A stretch of 64,000 bases of DNA. It comes from Tortispora ganteri (taxonomy: Eukaryota). Below the pieces are notes generated by a model. The model saw nothing but the letters and a program-made list of their open reading frames with translations. It made no database searches and had not been told where the DNA came from. Positions 23,261-33,942 of the stretch are shown here, in pieces. Every line of letters begins with the position of its first letter. Within the stretch, counting starts at the first letter, position 1. The stretch lies in the NCBI GenBank assembly GCA_003707115.1, contig PPNB01000004.1, forward strand, positions 62,001-126,000. The letters are read 5' to 3'. The translations under genes were made by a program, and so were the position numbers.

Positions 23261-24076
23261 ATTGGCTAATTGCTCTTGTCAATGACAACGCATTTTTTAT
23301 CACCTTTTCATGATCATATGCTATATACTTGAAATATAGAATTCATTATTCTGCTATGTAGTTATAATCGCGTAATACTTGATTCATTGTCTAATAGAAT
23401 AATTCGTCTACCTTTAAGCTGCTTCTGATTAAAGTCCAAAAAATAATGGTTGATCATTTGTGTAAAGCAAACTCTTGAAGCCTAGCCACCCTCGATAACC
23501 TGAACTGTATATTTAAATGATATAAAGGAAAGGTATTCAGCATAGAGTAAATGTATGCCAGCATCGAACTAGTAGCTTGCCATAGCGTATAACTTACAAT
23601 CACATTGGATCGGCTTTCCCGGTGGATTTACACACTGAGATTTGACCATGTTAAGAAGTTAATTGATCAATACTACTCGAATATCAATACCTTTTCTTTT
23701 TTTTTTTTGCGGATTAATTCCATTCATATACAGTGAAACACTCAAGAGTTCAGTTTACTGGTTCCACAATCAATATAGTGCGATTATCTCATCTTTAGGT
23801 CATGGGAAACATCAGTATGGAGAGCGATTTTAACCATATAAGACCTGAAGACCAGTTAGTTTTATAAAATATTAGTATAGCCCATTAGTATGGCTTAACA
23901 CATATGCGAAGGAATATTACAGCTGGGCAGAAAGTATTATAGTAATTCCATTTACAACTGAGACTCGAATGAATCAGGAACGAATTATCACGAAAACAAA
24001 AATCTAAAAAATTCAGTCAAATCATTTTTGTATCTGCATATCTTGTGGTCATTTCGTTGTTTCTAATCTTCTATTC

Positions 24077-24706
24077 CTATTGAATGGTACATGTTGTAGA
24101 GTCATCATCGGCAGATTTGGCGCTGAGAGCACAACGCGCAGCCTCAGTAAAGCATTCATTTACACCGCGATTAGTTTTGGCTGAGCATTCAAGATACCTA
24201 AGGGCTCCAATACTTTTCGCTACGGCTAAACCTTCCTCATATGTGATAAGCCCCATCTCTGAGCCAACAGCACTTGTGCGAAGGCCGGCCGATGCAGGGG
24301 AATCATAATCAGCTGTCTGTTGTCGCAAATCGCATTTCAACGCCACTAGTACTAGTTTTGCATCTGGACAGTGCTCTGCTATTTCATTTACCCATTTCGT
24401 TTGAACGTTTTCTAATGAATCTTTGCTGTCAACGGAGAAGCATAAAACAATAGCATGAGTGTCTGAATAGGAGAGGGATCGCAATCGGTCAAATTCTTCC
24501 TGACCAGCAGTATCCCATAAAGATAAGTGAACGGCAATTCCATCTACATAAATATCATGGAAGTAATTTTCAAAAACGGTTGGTTCGTAGACCTGAGGAA
24601 AATAGCCTCGTGTGAAAACATTCAATAGCGATGTCTTGCCACAGGCGCCGTCACCTAATATTACGATTTTTCGAGATACGGATTTTTGAGAACCACACAA
24701 AGGCAT
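24077..24706 (-). CDS. RHO3: Rho family GTPase Rho3
   Basis: MPLCG N-terminus, GDGACGKTSLLNVFTRGYFP.VYEPTVFENY, LVALKCDLR, CAAX-like end CTIQ. Confidence 0.93.
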   Translation of the reverse strand: MPLCGSQKSVSRKIVILGDGACGKTSLLNVFTRGYFPQVYEPTVFENYFHDIYVDGIAVHLSLWDTAGQEEFDRLRSLSYSDTHAIVLCFSVDSKDSLENVQTKWVNEIAEHCPDAKLVLVALKCDLRQQTADYDSPASAGLRTSAVGSEMGLITYEEGLAVAKSIGALRYLECSAKTNRGVNECFTEAARCALSAKSADDDSTTCTIQ

Positions 24707-25260
24707 CCTGAATAAAAATCGAGTTCAGTATGCTGTAGAGTAGGTAAAGGTCAAGTTCAACTGAAGGCCACAATGCACTTGCTTACGGGGTGAGGCTTGA
24801 GGCATGCACAGGTGTAGGCAGATCTCAGAAAGAGCACCACCTAAATTTTGGTTACAAAATAAAATGGTTGCTATGGTGATATTTATTATTTGATTGGCGC
24901 CCCCTGCATTCGCGGCGATTTAAGGTTTTTACAATATAATCGCGTTTAAAGTCGGGGGCCCAACGCGAATAAAGCATCCCTCGTATTACATTCTTTCTTT
25001 CTTTGCACCTAACTCTTTACGTGTATAGGCGACTCTCACTCTTTACTTTCGCTCTAATCTCTTCGTCTTTTATTATACTGTCACTCGTTTGTTTATTTAT
25101 TAAAAAACTACACTCATTCACTTGTTCAAATTTAGTCATTCGTTCACCTCTTTAGTTCAACCTTTTTGCGCGTTGTCTCATATTCCCCACGTTTGATCCA
25201 GTACCTTCACCCCTGGTCATATATATTTACCGAAATTTGTCATATTAACAAATCTGTATT

Positions 25261-27855
25261 ATGGTTCATCAATCAGGTCACTCTAGTCAGGTAGCTGCAA
25301 CTTCCACAGCATCACAACACGCCTCAAGACCGCTTCCTGACACGCCGCAGGACGTCTCTAAACGTTTATCGCAAGCTTCTTCCTCTTCGGCATCTAGACG
25401 TCGCATGCAGATCGGTCCATGGCGACTCGGAAAGACCCTTGGCCGAGGCTCTTCAGGCAGAGTCAGGCTTGCTAAGCATATGGTCACAGGACAGTTGGCT
25501 GCCGTTAAGATAGTGCCGAAAGCCAACTTACAAACGGACTTCGCCAGCCCTAGCGATGACGATCCTAATGGACTTCGTCGTATGAATGGAATTGAAAAGG
25601 AAGTTATTATTATGAAGCTCATAGAGCATCCTCATGTCATGGGACTCTACGATGTCTGGGAAAATCGTGGAGAACTGTACATCGTGCTGGAATACATAGA
25701 GGGTGGAGAGCTCTTTGATTATCTCATAAAAAACGGTCGCTTACCAGAAGAAGAGGCTGTTGGGTACTTTCGTCAGATAATTGCCGGAATAGACTATTGC
25801 CATCACTTTAATATCTGCCATCGCGACCTCAAACCTGAAAACTTGCTCATGGACAAACGTCATAACATTAAGATTGCCGACTTTGGAATGGCTGCGTTGG
25901 AAACTTCCGATCGTCTTCTAGAAACGTCCTGTGGTTCCCCGCATTATGCGTCTCCAGAAATTGTCAGAGGAGTCGCTTACCATGGGGCTCCTTCTGACAT
26001 TTGGTCATGTGGAATTATACTATTTGCTTTGCTCACAGGTCGTTTGCCTTTCGATGACGATAATCTACGCGAACTCTTAAGAAAAGTTCAAACCGGTAGA
26101 TATTCGATGCCTGAGTATCTTTCATCTGAAGCCAAAGATCTCATTCGTCGAATTCTTGTTCTAGATCCAGAACATAGAGCTACAATGAAAGAGATACAGA
26201 GTCATCCGCTGATGCATAAGTACCCTCCCCCCAAGAACACTCCTAAATTGCCGAATCCTGTTCCTCGTGAAACTGTGTCACATCCTGTTTCTTCGGTTGA
26301 AGACATAGATAATGAAATTCTAAAAAATCTACAAATCCTTTGGCATAATGAATCAAAGTCGAATATGATAAAAAAACTATTGTCGCCGGAAGCCAACAAT
26401 GAGAAGGCTTTCTACTGCCTTTTGTTGAAATATCGCCACGATCATTTACACCGTGCTGAAGAAGCACCAGATTGCAATTCCGGAAACTCTGATGTACGAC
26501 CAGCTGCTAGATCTCGGAGCTCACATTCTAGATTATCCATTGGTTCACGCGCAAACAGCCTTGTATCGCATTCAGGGCATAGGCGAAGCTCTTCGAAAGC
26601 TTCTAACATTTCAGTTGCCTCTTCCCGTCGACATAATGTTGCGTTTAGGACATCGGGCGCACAGAGGCGTACTGCGAAGTCAACCATGAGATCACCTGCG
26701 AAGTCTGTGTCAACAAGACCTGAGCAATTTGTAAACAAAGCACCTGCGCTTTCCGCTTCGCGTATTCTGGCTGCTAAATCAAAAGAAGAATTTGCAAGTT
26801 TATGCGAAGAAGCCTTTTATCGACATCACTCGTCGAAGCGTTCCGAATCTAACCCTCCAATTCCTCCTATGCCTAAATCTCTGATACGAGAGGAGATATC
26901 TCGTAAAGGCTATCTTGATGATATTATTGCTGATATTAATCCACCGACGCCTAAGAAAGCAGTTCCAAGAAAGCCGTTGGCCAATGAGTCTGAGCACAAC
27001 TACTTACCAATATTATTCGAAGAAGGGAATACTTTTCTGGACGAAGTGGTACAGGAGATAAAATGGATTAATGCAGGTCACGACATTAAGGATAGAAATC
27101 AGGAAATTAAGATAAAAAAAACAGCAAAGCATGTGAAGTCAGAATTACCTCAAATACCCGACATTCCTCTCAGAGAAGTCCCGCACAAGCCAAATATCCA
27201 GCAGCATAGCATGCTTGTTAATACAGGAGAAGCAGCTGCCTCTGAAAATGATCGACAGAGTCAAAGGATTGAGAAAAAAGAAAAGAAAGAAGAATTGAAG
27301 TTGGAGACTAAACCGTCACTGTTTCAAAGGCTTAACATAGTCAATCGTAAAGTGACGCCGAATTCTCTTAAAGCAGTGCCTAAGATCAATAACCCGAAAA
27401 AGCGGGCTAGCTTCGGTACTGAATGTGCCAATACGGCCTATAAAGAAAGAACTCCTTCTTGGATTTCGCGGATGCTCAGGTCTAGGACAGAGACACGAAC
27501 AGTGTATTCGTCGTTAATGGACAAAGATTTAACGCGACGCATATTGTCTCTTGTAAAGTCGTGGAAACAATATGGTGTTCTGATAGTTTCTGAAGATATA
27601 CAAAGGGGAATAATTATCGTTAGGATTGATAGAAAGAACGTTTTGAGCGTCAAGCCAGTGAAATTTCGAATTGAAGTACAAGCGTTTAGCAACGGCGTTT
27701 GCTCGACTATTTTTGTGCAAGAGAAGGGATCTGGCGATTCGTTTGCTCGAGTTGTGAACGAAATTGAACACATCTTAGATCGAGAGAACCTTCTTGTTGG
27801 ACAAGGCAGAGGTGGAACGAAATCATTGATTCAAACTTCGGTTCAAGTAAAGTAA
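25261..27855 (+). CDS. Nim1-family Ser/Thr kinase (Gin4/Hsl1/Cdr2-like) with C-terminal KA1 domain
   Basis: IGPWRLGKTLGRGSSGRVRLAKH, HRDLKPEN, DFGMAALE, LETSCGSPHYASPE, C-terminal QEKGS. Confidence 0.92.
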   Translation: MVHQSGHSSQVAATSTASQHASRPLPDTPQDVSKRLSQASSSSASRRRMQIGPWRLGKTLGRGSSGRVRLAKHMVTGQLAAVKIVPKANLQTDFASPSDDDPNGLRRMNGIEKEVIIMKLIEHPHVMGLYDVWENRGELYIVLEYIEGGELFDYLIKNGRLPEEEAVGYFRQIIAGIDYCHHFNICHRDLKPENLLMDKRHNIKIADFGMAALETSDRLLETSCGSPHYASPEIVRGVAYHGAPSDIWSCGIILFALLTGRLPFDDDNLRELLRKVQTGRYSMPEYLSSEAKDLIRRILVLDPEHRATMKEIQSHPLMHKYPPPKNTPKLPNPVPRETVSHPVSSVEDIDNEILKNLQILWHNESKSNMIKKLLSPEANNEKAFYCLLLKYRHDHLHRAEEAPDCNSGNSDVRPAARSRSSHSRLSIGSRANSLVSHSGHRRSSSKASNISVASSRRHNVAFRTSGAQRRTAKSTMRSPAKSVSTRPEQFVNKAPALSASRILAAKSKEEFASLCEEAFYRHHSSKRSESNPPIPPMPKSLIREEISRKGYLDDIIADINPPTPKKAVPRKPLANESEHNYLPILFEEGNTFLDEVVQEIKWINAGHDIKDRNQEIKIKKTAKHVKSELPQIPDIPLREVPHKPNIQQHSMLVNTGEAAASENDRQSQRIEKKEKKEELKLETKPSLFQRLNIVNRKVTPNSLKAVPKINNPKKRASFGTECANTAYKERTPSWISRMLRSRTETRTVYSSLMDKDLTRRILSLVKSWKQYGVLIVSEDIQRGIIIVRIDRKNVLSVKPVKFRIEVQAFSNGVCSTIFVQEKGSGDSFARVVNEIEHILDRENLLVGQGRGGTKSLIQTSVQVK

Positions 27856-28080
27856 AGCGCTCTCTCACTAGCAGAAAATGACCTAAATCTGGGTTTTCCC
27901 ACTAATATTGCGAATGCTATGAGTTAATTGTCTCTTTCCTTTAGTGTATTTATTTCAGTGGGAAATAATTAATCTGACTCAGTATTTATTGTAACATTAT
28001 CTAAAACCGAACCTACTAATTATATGTGTACTGAACAATTATATGCTGGTGGGTAGCTGCGGTAAGACTTTTGGAGGTCT

Positions 28081-28449
28081 CTAGCACGTGCAAAGATTAG
28101 CACCGCGAATATAAGGGCCAAGATAGTGCGACATTGTGCCTATGAACTTCATATGTAACAAGATAGAAGCTGCCTGTACAACATCAGGAGATGAAGAAAG
28201 GGTTGCCGGGTGAGATGCCTCACCTTTTACTGTAAGATGAATGGTTTTAGGGATTGACGGCTTTCTTGGCAGATAAGAAACCATCAGATGTTTGCCTATG
28301 CCATATTTATATCCCCGATCTTTCTTCGTTGATCTTCTAGATGATCTAATATTTGAAATACTGTCAGTGTCGCCATTATTTATCGCAAGACTTCGCAATG
28401 AGCATTTGCGCAATAGGTAGCGGGAAGATGATGAACGAATTGGTCTCAT
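28081..28449 (-). CDS. Hypothetical basic 122-aa protein
   Basis: ATG ORF in an intergenic gap with a short amphipathic VVQAASILLHM motif; no family recognised. Confidence 0.3.
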   Translation of the reverse strand: MRPIRSSSSRYLLRKCSLRSLAINNGDTDSISNIRSSRRSTKKDRGYKYGIGKHLMVSYLPRKPSIPKTIHLTVKGEASHPATLSSSPDVVQAASILLHMKFIGTMSHYLGPYIRGANLCTC

Positions 28450-29681
28450 TTGAAGAAGAATTTGTGAATGTAATTAGATGCAAAAAGGTAAGATACATGT
28501 ATTAATGCAGCATAGGAGTAGGCTGATATTAATGTACTTGATCTCAAGACACATAAGGGTGCAGAGTACAACACCAGGGTCCCAGGTTCTAAAGCGGTTG
28601 AGGTGTATACGCCAAATATACAAACAAACAATCGCTGCAATGATCCATAAATTTTCCGAGTCCTTGCATGTGAAATTAATGCACTGCAGTGTTATTATCG
28701 GCATAATTTATTCGCGAATGTGATTTCATTGCTATTGAGGCATATGTCGATAGAAACACAAAGTCCACACCAAATAAACTGCAGTATGGGTTAATATTTC
28801 TGAGTGCATGTCATCAGGGTCCAATCAGTCTATTTAGCGGAAATTTGTTGTAGGTTTATGAAGAGTAAGTGCTTCGCCTTTAATGAATATCCGTAACAGG
28901 CAAATGGCAGTCCAACGTTAGCGACATTCTGTTTCACGAATATTACCAAATATCGATACGTTTCATCAGTTAATCTGACAGCCATTAAGATTCTACTATA
29001 GAGCCAGATATATAATATCGAGAATGATCTTGATACCGATCGGGTCTATCACGGCATTAGTATTCGAGTTGAAGGTGAAGTCTATTATGTAGAGCATCAA
29101 GCAGCTCTATTTTGTCACATCAGCCACCGTCTACGATATGCTGATTTGTGATAAAGAGGTGAATTAATTCTTTGTTATCTAGGTTCAAACTGAATCCAAA
29201 TTGTCCTTCCGTAATAGTATTTATGAGCTTCGATCTAATTCGATCTAATTCTAGTATAATCGTTTTAGTTCAGACGGAAGCAATTCCAACCTTACAAGTT
29301 TAATCGGATCATAGCATTTTTAGAACGTTTTGGTGGAATGTCTAAAGCATAGAATATAACCCTTTGGTGTAATTTGGGACTTTGGGATGATATTCCGATG
29401 TTTTACAGCTGACTTCTTAGCAAGTCGCCAGATCGTTTTGAAATTGCAATATACCACTCAACTATTCACGATAATTTAAACAAACCGTACAAAGAAAATG
29501 AAAGATATTGGGAATGTTAACAGGCTGAAAAGTGGCATAGATCGTTAACAAGCGGACCACGGTCTCACAATTTACCGCGCACACGTAGACGATCTATGAA
29601 AGTTTATGGTAAACTAGGTTTAGTTTAAAATGTAACACAGGACGCATGGTGTATTCTCATGGGAACCGTTCATGAAGTCAG

Positions 29682-29716
29682 ACGCGTTAAAAGACCTACA
29701 AAGTCTTTGAACGCGT
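29682..29716. repeat. Inverted repeat, 14-bp arms (13/14 match) with a 7-bp asymmetric spacer; each arm has ACGCGT at its outer end
   Basis: ACGCGTTAAAAGAC-CTACAAA-GTCTTTGAACGCGT, ending 21 bp before the ATG at 29738. Confidence 0.85.
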
Positions 29717-29737
29717 GAAGAAGATTCTGTCGAGGAA

Positions 29738-32134
29738 ATGTCTTTTTCAACATCATTATCTACATCATACGAACAAGAAAATACGGATAAGGGTGTAGAT
29801 CCTGTCGATACTTCGCATACTTTGGATATCTCTACTGAAGAATCTAGGGCTCAATTGGCTCGCAGATTACTGTCGCAAGTCAATCTTAGTGCATCTTCCT
29901 CGCTCATACACCAGGCTGTGAACACCAGTAAGACATACGAACATCACGTTAGACATTACCGTAAATGGTGCGATGAAGTTTTCGCAAACGAAGATGTGCT
30001 AACGCGTTATTATCCCACTATGATCCAGATACGCGGCTATGTGGAGTATAGGCTGAATCATCCAGAATTTAGTTCAAATGGGAAACGGCCTGCTCCTAAA
30101 ACAATAGATGGAATTATTGCGGCACTAAAAGAGCACACTCGTTTTGAGAAAGATAAAATTGAAAGCGCAGGTAAGCGATGCCCTGTTTTGAGTGAACAGG
30201 AAGAATCATTCCAAGCTAAAGAGCTAAAGAAACTCCGGAGGCATTTCAGAAAACTGGCCGCCGAAGAAATGGAAAACGGCTACGAACTCCAGGATGCTAC
30301 TTCTCGAAAGGCGTATGTAGAGAAAGAGCTTATTGCGATTGTTAAATGGCTGTGTATGCAGCATGGACGCGAAGCACATTATGTTTCGATAGCGTCTATG
30401 GTGTTGACAGCTCATTCAGGAATGTACCGTGGAGACTCGATTCGGAAGATGAATATAGCTAGCTTAAGCGTATGGAGAGGTGTTATTAGCAATCGCTACT
30501 GTGATGCCATTAAGGTGACTACGACTGCTTCGAAGACAAACAAATTCGGCAGGACTGAAGAAACGCTGGCGTTACGTCACTTGGATCCTAGACGCTGTCC
30601 GGTCGCATTTTTGGGATACTACATGATCGAACGGTTCTATGTAGCCTGTGACAAGCTAATCCCATTTGCAGACCCTCGGGAATTCATTAAATGTAAGCTG
30701 TACCGACGCTACGGAACGGATAAGAAGCTAACCGAGCCCATGAATTTCAGATCACATTTCAAGCCTATTAAAGAATCCAAGATACAGCTTTCAATGACAT
30801 TTTACAAAATTATGTGCTCGAGCGAAAGTTCAGCTGCTAATGAAGCAATTCAAAATGGAGCTTCATATGGTTCAGTAATTAACCATGGTCAGTGGGGTAC
30901 TTCCAACGACACCATGAACAACGATTATTTGTTCGGAGACAATACTGCAACTCCATGTAAATTAGCTGGAATTGTGGGAAGCGAAAAGTATGTAATGGTT
31001 CGCGACGGCGTTCAACCGTCATTGGAGTTGTGCTTGAAAGTTTTCCCATTCATTGAAGAGTGGCATACGCTTATTGAGAATAACACGCTAAAAGAAAGGG
31101 TTAAAGAAGAATATCGGAGGTATGATCTTTCTCTCACTAACACGGCGCTTTTGGATTCACACGTTGCCAAGATCAAGACAGCTGTGGAACTGTTCATTTA
31201 TCTCGCTAAATGTGTGCTGCAAGATAGGATATTTCTAGAGAAGTGCGCTCCAGAATTGACTGAATTGCCGTCATTTAAGTCGAGTGCATTCCTTACAGAG
31301 GAATATGCTGAGTTCAGGAAGGAACAAGAGATATTTATCGCTAGTAGAGCTGTTATGCCGGAGGAAGAGTCTTCGGAAACGGTGCAAGGATCTTGTCCAT
31401 CTAGCAAACAAATTCACAACAATCAATTGTGTAGTACTTTGCAGGAGTTTTTACAAGAGCTGCGCGAGGACAGAGCAGCCAGGGCGGAGGAAAGAGCAGC
31501 CAGGGCGAAGGAAAGAGAGGAAGATAAAGAACGTGCCTTACAGTTTCAAAATCTGATCCTTGCGTCACTACAGCAGATATATACACATCCGATGCACCTT
31601 GAATCATCTCCGGGTTCTACCAGCGCGATAATGAGCCGAACATCTTACGCTTGCTCCAACGCTGATCAATATATTCTGCCAAGTAGTGCCGAATTGACGC
31701 AACCTGCTAGCAATCTACCTACAGTGACAAATCTTGAAGATAATGGACCTACAGAAGCAGTTACTTTGACAAGGAAAGACAAAGAGTTGATCGAATATAT
31801 GAAAGGAAGAGCATTTGTAAAACCGGTATCGATACGAGACATATGGTGGGAATATGCTCATGGCATAGCCGGTAAGCCACCACTTCGTGAAATGGAGAGC
31901 AAATACAAAACCTTATGGAGAGGTGGAGCACGTTCATCTCTTACTCGCACGTTCCGTCGCCGCAAGCGAATATACTCGGCCATAGAAAATGGCATATCAT
32001 CAGGGTTGAGTGAAGAAGAAGCAATTGAGAAGCTGCAACGCTTCTGTGCTCGTCCCACAGATCCCACTAAGCTGCGAGATCAAGCATGGTTTGATAGGGC
32101 TGATCTGATGCAATGTTTCGGCAGTCATACTTGA
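29738..32134 (+). CDS. Crypton (CryptonF)/Ndc10-like protein: tyrosine-recombinase-fold domain, coiled coil and C-terminal GCR1_C domain (copy 1)
   Basis: MYRGDSIR, SKTNKFGR, ALRH.DP..CPV, HGQW...MNNDYL, KVFPFIE, IWWEYAHG...KPPLREME.KY...WR......F.RRK.IY. Confidence 0.85.
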   Translation: MSFSTSLSTSYEQENTDKGVDPVDTSHTLDISTEESRAQLARRLLSQVNLSASSSLIHQAVNTSKTYEHHVRHYRKWCDEVFANEDVLTRYYPTMIQIRGYVEYRLNHPEFSSNGKRPAPKTIDGIIAALKEHTRFEKDKIESAGKRCPVLSEQEESFQAKELKKLRRHFRKLAAEEMENGYELQDATSRKAYVEKELIAIVKWLCMQHGREAHYVSIASMVLTAHSGMYRGDSIRKMNIASLSVWRGVISNRYCDAIKVTTTASKTNKFGRTEETLALRHLDPRRCPVAFLGYYMIERFYVACDKLIPFADPREFIKCKLYRRYGTDKKLTEPMNFRSHFKPIKESKIQLSMTFYKIMCSSESSAANEAIQNGASYGSVINHGQWGTSNDTMNNDYLFGDNTATPCKLAGIVGSEKYVMVRDGVQPSLELCLKVFPFIEEWHTLIENNTLKERVKEEYRRYDLSLTNTALLDSHVAKIKTAVELFIYLAKCVLQDRIFLEKCAPELTELPSFKSSAFLTEEYAEFRKEQEIFIASRAVMPEEESSETVQGSCPSSKQIHNNQLCSTLQEFLQELREDRAARAEERAARAKEREEDKERALQFQNLILASLQQIYTHPMHLESSPGSTSAIMSRTSYACSNADQYILPSSAELTQPASNLPTVTNLEDNGPTEAVTLTRKDKELIEYMKGRAFVKPVSIRDIWWEYAHGIAGKPPLREMESKYKTLWRGGARSSLTRTFRRRKRIYSAIENGISSGLSEEEAIEKLQRFCARPTDPTKLRDQAWFDRADLMQCFGSHT
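31472..31513 (+). repeat. 21-bp tandem duplication (RAARAEE/RAARAKE) within a coiled coil
   Basis: AGAGCAGCCAGGGCGGAGGAA followed by AGAGCAGCCAGGGCGAAGGAA. Confidence 0.9.
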
Positions 32135-32162
32135 CATAGGCATGATGCCTATGTCAAGTATG
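32126..32162. repeat. Perfect 18-bp inverted repeat with a 1-bp spacer, overlapping the stop codon of Crypton-like copy 1
   Basis: CATACTTGACATAGGCAT-G-ATGCCTATGTCAAGTATG. Confidence 0.97.
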
Positions 32163-32432
32163 GCCTCTAAAATCAAGTAGTATAGAGTCTAACAAGGATT
32201 ACAATTTAATATACATCTGTTTTATTAACTGAATGTCTCAATATCCGCTACCAGAGAGGATGCATGTAGGTTGCTAGGGACCTTGTCAGTGTCCTTTTTC
32301 GGTCTGGTCTATAAGTATAAGGATAAGTTTGCTTTGAACAAGTCGTTTTGCTTCCTTGTCGATTCCCAGGATTGTCCAAACGCCATAAACCCTGCATTAC
32401 TACTAAAAACAGGTCTTAGCAAAATTTGAGTA

Positions 32433-33269
32433 ATGTTGCCTCAAATTGTGCTACTGCTATGCGCAATTACGCAGTTTGTACACGCATGGTCTGAAAAGGA
32501 TTACGAGCTATTTGAATTGAAGGACGCTGTAGAGAAGGCCGAGGGAACAGGAGTGACATTCTATGACTGGCTCGATGTGTCGCCATACAGCAGCAACGAG
32601 GAGCTGACAAAATCGTACAGAAAGCTGTCCCGGAAGCTTCACCCGGACAAGGCACCCAAAAAGGGGAAGAAAGCTGCCAATGAACGATTCTCGAGGCTAT
32701 CTGTTGTGATAAGTATCCTCAGAGACCCCGAGATGCGTGAACGGTACGACTACTTTCTAAAGCATGGGTTCCCCAAGTGGAGAGGAACTGGCTACTACTA
32801 CAGACGTCTGCGTCCGGGTCTTGGATCTGTGCTAGTACTACTAGTCTTTCTGTTCAACTGGGCCCACTACGGAGTCATACGCATGAATGCGCGTGGACAC
32901 AGGCGACATATGCAATATTGTATTGATGCGGCTAGAGATATGGCTGAGTGGCCGCAAAAAGTGCAAACGCTCAAAAAGGTCCAGCTGTACAATGGGAAGG
33001 TGTTCTCGGTGAAGGCCAGTGGCAAAGTTTCATTATTAGAGATTGAAGACGGCGTTGAAGTGGAGTATCCGCTAGATACAGAAGAAATTCAGATGCCAAC
33101 CTGGCGAGACACATTTGTGTACCTACTCTATCGCAAGTTGTACAACAAATTGGCTAATTCACAAACCGGAGAGAAAAGCAAGGGGCATAGAGTCGGTTTA
33201 AAAGACGCGAGCAAACCTGCACCAAAACCATCTACGATCAAACGAAAGAAACCGAGCAAGAAAGCTTAA
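32433..33269 (+). CDS. ERJ5: ER J-domain co-chaperone
   Basis: Signal peptide, WSEKDYELFEL, HPDK, GFPKWRGTGYYY...RPG, one TM segment. Confidence 0.88.
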   Translation: MLPQIVLLLCAITQFVHAWSEKDYELFELKDAVEKAEGTGVTFYDWLDVSPYSSNEELTKSYRKLSRKLHPDKAPKKGKKAANERFSRLSVVISILRDPEMRERYDYFLKHGFPKWRGTGYYYRRLRPGLGSVLVLLVFLFNWAHYGVIRMNARGHRRHMQYCIDAARDMAEWPQKVQTLKKVQLYNGKVFSVKASGKVSLLEIEDGVEVEYPLDTEEIQMPTWRDTFVYLLYRKLYNKLANSQTGEKSKGHRVGLKDASKPAPKPSTIKRKKPSKKA

Positions 33270-33309
33270 AAAAATGCGAACGCGCTAGCTAGAGATACTG
33301 GCGGACAAC

Positions 33310-33942
33310 TCATACGGAGAACAGTCTGCTGCCAACATCACCCAAGCCGGGAATAAGATATCCACTGTCATCGAGATCGTTGTCGATGGCTCCGACGAAT
33401 ACTAGAACGTCCGGGTACAGTCTAGAGATCTCCTGTAACCCGCGAGTGGATGCAACCAGGCTTATAACGACTATCCTTTCGGGACCCCATTCATGTACAG
33501 TTTGTAGGGCTGCGGACATAGTACCTGCTGTAGCTATTACGGGATCTATCACGAATACAAGCGGTGGTGCTTCGTTTGGAGGCAGCCTATTGTAGTACTC
33601 CACGGGGCTGAGACTGGTAGCCTCTCTGAACATGCCTAGATGGTGCACAGGGACCGGGAACGGTAGCATTGCCTCGACAGCCTCTACCATGCTCAGTCCA
33701 GATCTCAATATAGGCACAATCGCGGCTTCTAGTGGCGAGACTTTCGTGGTAGGGTAGTTTGTATTCATTAATGAGCGTGCATCTGGTCCTTTTGACATGG
33801 TGAACGACGAGGCCACGGCGTCGGCGGCTAGAATACTGGTGATATCAGAGATCGTGGAGCGCATGTCGCCGTACGAAAGTTTTTGACGCAATTTGTCAAT
33901 TCTTACTTTGACTGTGGGATGCGAGCTTTCAGTGACGGGCAT
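33310..33942 (-). CDS. Uracil phosphoribosyltransferase-like protein (Urg2/Urc6-type)
   Basis: VPILRSGL.M, VIDPVIATAGT PRPP motif, GYLIPGLGDVG.RLF. Confidence 0.88.
   Translation of the reverse strand: MPVTESSHPTVKVRIDKLRQKLSYGDMRSTISDITSILAADAVASSFTMSKGPDARSLMNTNYPTTKVSPLEAAIVPILRSGLSMVEAVEAMLPFPVPVHHLGMFREATSLSPVEYYNRLPPNEAPPLVFVIDPVIATAGTMSAALQTVHEWGPERIVVISLVASTRGLQEISRLYPDVLVFVGAIDNDLDDSGYLIPGLGDVGSRLFSV

Noticed and set aside
29292..32340. Terminal direct repeats for Crypton-like copy 1 (8-bp matches such as GAATGTCT and CTTTGAAC on both sides)
   Set aside because: Several equally short matches exist at chance level, so no boundary can be chosen
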